A stretch of DNA of 64,000 nt from an uncultured Fimbriimonadaceae bacterium. GTDB taxonomy: Bacteria > Armatimonadota > UBA10988. Where the stretch lies: the NCBI GenBank assembly GCA_964531735.1, contig CAZHGD010000011.1:4888-68887 (forward strand), given 5' to 3'. Within the stretch, counting starts at the first letter, position 1, and each line of letters starts with the position of its first letter. This document shows, in pieces, positions 58,818 to 64,000 of the stretch. The notes beneath the pieces are model-generated. The model saw only the letters and a program-made list of their open reading frames with translations, was not told the DNA's origin and made no database searches. A program made the position numbers and the translations under genes.

Positions 58818-59545
58818 CAACCCGCGGCCTTCCGTTGCGCGGCGATGGCCCGCTCGACGGCATCGCACAGCGTCTTGAGCGTCTTCACCCGCGCGTAGTA
58901 CTTGCAGTTGCCCTCGACCACCGTCCAGGGCGCGTTGAGCGTGCTGGTTCGGACCAGCATGTCTTCTACGGCTTCCTGGTATTGTGGCCATTTCTCGCGA
59001 TTGCGCCAGTCCTCGTCGGTCAGCTTGTAGCGCTTGTACGCGATGGAGGCGCGCTCGTTGAACCGGGCCAACTGCTCTTCGGGGCTGATGTGCAGCCAGA
59101 ACTTGCACAGCACCATCGGGAAGCTGGTCAGGTGGCGTTCGAACTCGTTGATCTCTTCGTAAGCCCGCTGCCATGCGTCAGGCTTGGCGAAGCCTTCCAC
59201 TCGTTCGACCAGCACGCGGCCGTACCAACTGCGATCGAAGATGGCCAGGTGGCCGGCTTTGGGCACCTCGCGCCAGAAGCGCCACAGGTAGTGGTGCTCA
59301 CGCTCCTCGCCACGCGGTGCCGCGTAGGCATGGACCGAGTAGCCGCGCGGGTCGAGCGTTTCGGTCAGGCGCTTGATGTTGCCGCCCTTGCCCGCGGCGT
59401 CCCAGCCTTCGTAGACCACCAGCGCCGGCAGGCGGTAGTTGTACATCTGGTATTCCAGCTCGCGCAGCCGGACCTGGTACTTGCGGAGCTGGCTCTCGTA
59501 GTCTTCCTTGTCGAGTGACAAGCTGAGATCGGCCTGATTCAGCAT
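58817..59545 (-). CDS. Polyphosphate kinase 2 family protein
   Basis: EGWDAAGKGG, FDRSWYGRVLVERV, KFWLHIS, DWRNR. Confidence 0.93.
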   Translation of the reverse strand: MLNQADLSLSLDKEDYESQLRKYQVRLRELEYQMYNYRLPALVVYEGWDAAGKGGNIKRLTETLDPRGYSVHAYAAPRGEEREHHYLWRFWREVPKAGHLAIFDRSWYGRVLVERVEGFAKPDAWQRAYEEINEFERHLTSFPMVLCKFWLHISPEEQLARFNERASIAYKRYKLTDEDWRNREKWPQYQEAVEDMLVRTSTLNAPWTVVEGNCKYYARVKTLKTLCDAVERAIAAQRKAAG

Positions 59546-59547
59546 GA

Positions 59548-60402
59548 CTACTGCTCCTTCTTGGCGCGGCGGCTCGGGGCCTTCGGCTTCGCGGGCGGTG
59601 CGGCGGCCACCGGCTGCGCGGCCGCCTCACTGGGCGGTGCGGCGGCCTCTTCGTCCGGCATCTGGTCCGGGTCGGGTATGCCGCGTTTGAGCAGTTCGGC
59701 CTCGACCGTGTCGCAGATGGTCCGGAAGACCTTGATCTGCGCCCAACGGAAGCAGGTCGCCTCGACGATCGTCCAGGGCGCGTGCGAGCGGCTGGTCTGC
59801 GCCAGCATCTCCTCGATGGCCACCACGTAGCGGTCGTACTGCTTGTGGTGCCGCCAGTCCTCGGGCTGGATCTTCCAGGCCATGAACGGGTCGCTCTCGC
59901 ATTCCTTGAAGCGCTTCTTCTGCTCCTTCTTGCTGATGTGCAGGAAGAACTTGCAGATCACCATACCGTCGGTGGCGAGCTGCCGCTCGAACTCGGTGAT
60001 CTCCCGTAGCGCGTCCTGGACCTCGCGGTCACTGACGAGCTTGTCGATGCGCTCGACCATCACGCGCCCGTACCAACTGCGGTCGAAGATGCCGATCTGG
60101 CCGTACTCGGGCAGGCGCATCCAGAACCGCCAGAGGAAGGGCCGCAGGCGCTCCTCCTCCAGCGGGGCCGAGACGGGCGTGACGCGAAATCCGCGGGGAT
60201 CGAGGCGATCCACGAGCCGGCTGATCATCGTGCCCTTGCCGGCGGCGTCCCACCCCTCGAACAGCACGACCACCGGTACGCGGCCCTCCTGGCAGCGCCG
60301 CTGAATGCGGCGGAGCCGGTTGTACAATCCGTCCGGGCCGTTCATCAAATCGCGAAAGTCCGTCTTCGGTAGCTTCAGCGTCAGGTCGACGGCCTCCAAC
60401 AT
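59548..60402 (-). CDS. Polyphosphate kinase 2 family protein
   Basis: EGWDAAGKG, FDRSWYGRVMVER, KFFLHIS. Confidence 0.93.
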   Translation of the reverse strand: MLEAVDLTLKLPKTDFRDLMNGPDGLYNRLRRIQRRCQEGRVPVVVLFEGWDAAGKGTMISRLVDRLDPRGFRVTPVSAPLEEERLRPFLWRFWMRLPEYGQIGIFDRSWYGRVMVERIDKLVSDREVQDALREITEFERQLATDGMVICKFFLHISKKEQKKRFKECESDPFMAWKIQPEDWRHHKQYDRYVVAIEEMLAQTSRSHAPWTIVEATCFRWAQIKVFRTICDTVEAELLKRGIPDPDQMPDEEAAAPPSEAAAQPVAAAPPAKPKAPSRRAKKEQ

Positions 60403-60565
60403 GGCGGCTTCCCTTTCTCAGGAGGCTGGCCCAGCCCAGCAACGTCCCAGGATCTCAGCAGCCACCCCGGCGAGCGATCACGGCTCGATTGCGCAACCGC
60501 CGCCGACCTCCTTGTGTCGCCCGCATCGTCTGCTCAACCATCTCGCAACATACGCGCTGGCCGGC

Positions 60566-61864
60566 TCACCGCGCCCACCGCGCCAGCGCCTCGCGGCCGC
60601 GGAAGGCGGCGCTGCCGAGCTGCTCTTCGAGACGGAGCATCTGGTTGTACTTGGCCAGGCGCTCGCTCCGGGCGATGGAGCCGATCTTGATCTGCCCACA
60701 ACCGCTGGCCACGGCCAGATCGGCCAGGAAGGCGTCTTCGGTCTCGCCGCTGCGCGCGGAGACCACCGCGGTGTAGCCCCCTTCGCGGGCCGCCAGACAG
60801 GTGGCTGCCGCTTCAGTCAGCGTGCCGATCTGGTTGACCTTGACCAGCACGCTGTTGGCCACGCCATCGACTTGGGCTTGCCGCACCCGGGCCGCCTCGG
60901 TGCAGAAGAAGTCGTCGCCGATCAACTGGACGAGGTGGCCCAGGCGCCTGGTCAGGTGCGGCCAGCCGTCGGTGTCGTCCTCGGCCAGACCATCCTCGAT
61001 GCTGATCACCGGGAAGCGCTCGACCCAGCTCTCGAGCACGTCGACCAGCTCGGCACTGGTGCGGCGCCGGCCGTCGGCCGACAGTTGGTAGGCGCCGTCG
61101 CGGCTAAAATGCGTGCTGGCCACGTCCAAAGCGATGACCACGTCGCGACCGGGCGCGAGCCCGGCGGCGAGGATGCCGTCGGTGACCACGCGGAGGCCGT
61201 CCTCGTTCGAAGCGAGCGGCGGGCCGAAGCCACCTTCATCGGCGACCAGTTGCGTGTAGTTCACCTCGCGCCGCAGGATGTCGCGCACGGCGTAGTAGAC
61301 GGCGTTGGTCCATTCCAGCGCCGTGGCGGTGTCGCGCGCTCCCCACGGGATGATCAGCACGTCCTGGATATCGAGTTGGAAGCCGGCGTGGTGCCCGCCG
61401 CTGAGGATGTTGACCATCGGCAGCGGGCAGACCGGCGGCGTGCCGGCGAACAGTTGCGTGTTGAGGTGCTGCCAGAGCGGCCGGCCGGCGGCGTTGGCCG
61501 CGGCGCGCGCGGCGGCCATGCTGACCGACAGCACCGCGTTGGCGCCGAGGCGGGCCTTGTTCGGCGTGCCGTCGCAGGCGCACAGCGCCGCATCCACCGC
61601 GTGCTGGTCGGCCGCGTCGAGGCCGCGGACCGCGGCGGACAGCTCACCGCGGACGTTCGCGACGGCTTGCCGCACGCCGCGGCCACGGTACCGTGTCGGG
61701 TCGCCGTCGCGCAGTTCCACCGCTTCGCGACGGCCGGTGGAGGCGCCCGAGGGCACACTGGCGCGGCCCACCTGACCGCTGTCCAATATGACCTCGGCTT
61801 CCACCGTGGGCCAGCCACGGCTGTCCAGCACTTCGCGTGCCCGCAGTTCCACGATGCGTGCCAT
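60566..61864 (-). CDS. eno: Enolase-family protein (divergent paralogue)
   Basis: REVLDSRG, PSGASTG, DEGGF, SIEDG, GDD, KVNQIGT, RSER.AKYN, with substitutions at conserved sites. Confidence 0.85.
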   Translation of the reverse strand: MARIVELRAREVLDSRGWPTVEAEVILDSGQVGRASVPSGASTGRREAVELRDGDPTRYRGRGVRQAVANVRGELSAAVRGLDAADQHAVDAALCACDGTPNKARLGANAVLSVSMAAARAAANAAGRPLWQHLNTQLFAGTPPVCPLPMVNILSGGHHAGFQLDIQDVLIIPWGARDTATALEWTNAVYYAVRDILRREVNYTQLVADEGGFGPPLASNEDGLRVVTDGILAAGLAPGRDVVIALDVASTHFSRDGAYQLSADGRRRTSAELVDVLESWVERFPVISIEDGLAEDDTDGWPHLTRRLGHLVQLIGDDFFCTEAARVRQAQVDGVANSVLVKVNQIGTLTEAAATCLAAREGGYTAVVSARSGETEDAFLADLAVASGCGQIKIGSIARSERLAKYNQMLRLEEQLGSAAFRGREALARWAR

Positions 61865-62844
61865 CAGCCTTCGCCTTTCATCATCGCCACCGCTTCGGCC
61901 AGCCCGCGCGCCTCGCCGAGCAACAGTCGCGTGCCGACGCACCGGACGTGCGCTTCATCGTCGGCGTTGAGGTAGCCGGCGGGCGACTTGCCATCCACGC
62001 GGGCCAGCAGGATCGCGCCGAGCAGATCCATCCAGGAGCCCTCGGCCACGCGGTCGCATCGGTCGCGGTAGCCGTGCCAGGCCCAGGCCACCTGCTGCCA
62101 CAGCAGGTCGTCGGCGCGCTGGACGTGCCGCGCCTTCAGCAACAGGTGCGTGAACCAGAACGCGAGGTCGAACCGCGGCTCGCCATAGTGGACCACCTCG
62201 TGGTCGAGCAGCACATGGTGTGTCTCGCAGAGCAGGATGTTCTTCGGACTGTAGTCGCCGTGCACCATGGTCTGCGACGCCCGGGCCAGGTGGTCGACGA
62301 GGCCGTTGAGCGGCGCGGCCAGGCGCGGGTGGCGCCGCGCGACCTCGCGCAGATACGGGTCGAGGCGGAGCTGGTCGAACACGGTCTGGTCGCCGAAGCG
62401 CTCGCGCAGTTCGGCGCGGTCCCAGCCGGCGTGGTGGATGCGCCCGAGCAGGTCGCCCGCGCGCTGGGCGGCGTCGACCGGCAGGCGGCCCGCGAGCAGT
62501 TCGTCCTTCCAGTTGCGCGCCTCCAGCGGCGCCCGTTCCATCAGATAGAGGTGTTCGTCGGTGTCCTCCCAGAGGACGGCCGGCACCTCGCCCGGCGCCA
62601 GGACGTGTTGCAGCCAGCGCTGGCAGTCGGCTTCGCGGTGGATGCGGTTCACGTCGCTGAGCCACTCGGCGGCCACGCGCAGGCGCGGCAGCGCCTGTTT
62701 GAGCACGACGCGCCGGTCGCCGATGACCACCTCGAAGACGTCGTTCGACACGCCGCCACCGAACGGGGCCACGGCCACCGGCTGGTCGTCGCGAGCCAGC
62801 CCGGCACGGACCACCACCTGGCGTAGATGGTCGGCGTCCATCAA
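61864..62844 (-). CDS. APH-fold kinase, methylthioribose kinase (MtnK)-like
   Basis: VSNDVF, VLKQALP, HGDYSPKNIL, LDHE..YG..FD. Confidence 0.75.
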   Translation of the reverse strand: MMDADHLRQVVVRAGLARDDQPVAVAPFGGGVSNDVFEVVIGDRRVVLKQALPRLRVAAEWLSDVNRIHREADCQRWLQHVLAPGEVPAVLWEDTDEHLYLMERAPLEARNWKDELLAGRLPVDAAQRAGDLLGRIHHAGWDRAELRERFGDQTVFDQLRLDPYLREVARRHPRLAAPLNGLVDHLARASQTMVHGDYSPKNILLCETHHVLLDHEVVHYGEPRFDLAFWFTHLLLKARHVQRADDLLWQQVAWAWHGYRDRCDRVAEGSWMDLLGAILLARVDGKSPAGYLNADDEAHVRCVGTRLLLGEARGLAEAVAMMKGEG

Positions 62845-63626
62845 GCCTCGCCCGGCTTGGCGACACAGACCAGGCGGCCCTCGCCGGGCCGGTACGGCGT
62901 GCCGGTGTGATCGGCCCAGCGCAGCACCGCACGCCAGCCGGTGGCCACCAGCAGTTCATCCAGTTCGGCGGCGGTGACCACGCGATAGGCGTCGCTGACC
63001 ACTTCGCGGAACACCTGCCCATCGGGACCGCGCGTCTCGAACAGGGTCTCCTCGACGGTCAGTTCGGCGGTGCGACGCCAGCGTGCCGTGGCGCTCACCG
63101 TGCCCAGTTGCTCATGGTGGGCCAGGAACGGCCCGGCGAAACTCGGCAGCGTGGCTTCGGGCAGCGTGACGTCGAGCGCCAGGGCGCCGCCCGGCCGCAG
63201 GTGCCGACGCACCATGGTCAGGAAGGCGCGTTGCTCGGCGGGCGTGCGCAGCAGTCGGAAGGCTTCCAGTGGCAGCATCACCAGGCCGAACGCGGTCTCG
63301 AACGCGAAGTCCTGAACGGCCTGACGCACCAGGCGAACGGCGGGCGTGCGGGGTGGGGCAGCCTGCTCGGCCAGACGGTGCTCGGCCAAGGCCAGCATGG
63401 CAGGCGACGGATCGGCGCCCCAGCACTCCAGGCCGGACCGGTACAGGGCCGCCAGGACGCGGGCCGCGCCGCAGGCGGGTTCGCAGACGGGACCGGCACC
63501 GCGCTGCGCCCAGTGCCGGTAGAACTCGGCCTCGCCGGGCCGGAACTGGCCGGCGGTCAAGGCATCGTAGTGCCAGCCGTAGCGCTCGTAGCGCGCCAGG
63601 TCAAGCGTCGTCGGAGTCGCTGGCAT
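62841..63626 (-). CDS. Class I SAM-dependent methyltransferase
   Basis: VCEPACGAARV, ADPSPAML, HLRPGGALALD. Start placed at MPATPT. Confidence 0.8.
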   Translation of the reverse strand: MPATPTTLDLARYERYGWHYDALTAGQFRPGEAEFYRHWAQRGAGPVCEPACGAARVLAALYRSGLECWGADPSPAMLALAEHRLAEQAAPPRTPAVRLVRQAVQDFAFETAFGLVMLPLEAFRLLRTPAEQRAFLTMVRRHLRPGGALALDVTLPEATLPSFAGPFLAHHEQLGTVSATARWRRTAELTVEETLFETRGPDGQVFREVVSDAYRVVTAAELDELLVATGWRAVLRWADHTGTPYRPGEGRLVCVAKPGEA

Positions 63627-64000
63627 CGCTCTCGGCCGGCTCGGCCGGCGCCGGGCCCGGGACCTTGGCGCCGCACCCGGCGCAGAAGCGGTCACCGCCG
63701 CGTAGCGAGGCGCCGCACTTGCCGCAGTAGCCGGCGCCGCCGCCGGGCTGACCAGTCCGCTTCAGCGCCTCGATCTCGCTGTCCACTTCGGCCTCGCGAG
63801 CGCGGCTGCGGCGCTCGCGGCGCGGCTCCAACTCGCGCTCGTCGCGCGGCGCGCCGTTGCGCTCGACATACATCTCCACGAAGTCGAGTAGTTGCTCCGG
63901 CAGTCGGAACTGCTGGTAGATGCCGTAGCCGGTGGCCAGACCGGTGCCCAGAGCGACCCAGGGATTGAGGAACCGCAGGGCCAGCGTGGCGGCGGCGCCG
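63601..64000 (-). CDS. Membrane protein with C-terminal double zinc ribbon; 5' end outside the window
   Basis: TM segment, then YCGKCG..DRFCAGCG. Confidence 0.7.
   Translation of the reverse strand, partial: GAAATLALRFLNPWVALGTGLATGYGIYQQFRLPEQLLDFVEMYVERNGAPRDERELEPRRERRSRAREAEVDSEIEALKRTGQPGGGAGYCGKCGASLRGGDRFCAGCGAKVPGPAPAEPAESDASDSDDA

Noticed and set aside
59543-59550. Programmed frameshift or readthrough fusing the two PPK2 genes
   Set aside because: No slippery sequence, and the second gene has its own well-spaced RBS.
60403-60565. GGGGTG..CTGAGA on the minus strand upstream of PPK2
   Set aside because: No 3' half of the TPP aptamer.

Overview
High-GC (about 70% by eye) bacterial chromosomal window. 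I found no rRNA, tRNA, CRISPR array or mobile element. The gene mix (MutS2, type I-beta DAHP synthase, HisJ-type PHP phosphatase, a GT9, many secreted glycoside hydrolases and lipoproteins) suggests a diderm Terrabacterium such as Armatimonadota; this is inference only. Housekeeping content: mutS2, recO, deoC, trpC-F-B-A, mnmA, aroF, grpE, ubiE/menG, a polyprenyl synthase and two PPK2 genes. There is also an envelope-glycan locus and several signalling genes. The most striking accessory element is a four-gene cluster of exported proteins (22728-27792) built by shuffling three shared modules: an ~80-aa Ig/PEGA-like repeat, a ~110-aa cohesin-like beta domain and a ~60-aa EF-hand/dockerin-like module. 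One member carries an intact papain-family protease. The genes are separated by strong hairpins, and two of the upstream regions carry paired GANTC sites, with an orphan CcrM-like methyltransferase 4 kb away. Other points of interest: an 8-Cys two-CW-like membrane protein heading the trp operon, a REC-GGDEF protein with a dead active site but intact I-site, a split PPK2 pair, a divergent enolase paralogue coupled to an MtnK-like kinase, and several apparently leaderless promoters. All functional calls come from motif recognition; no database searches were run.
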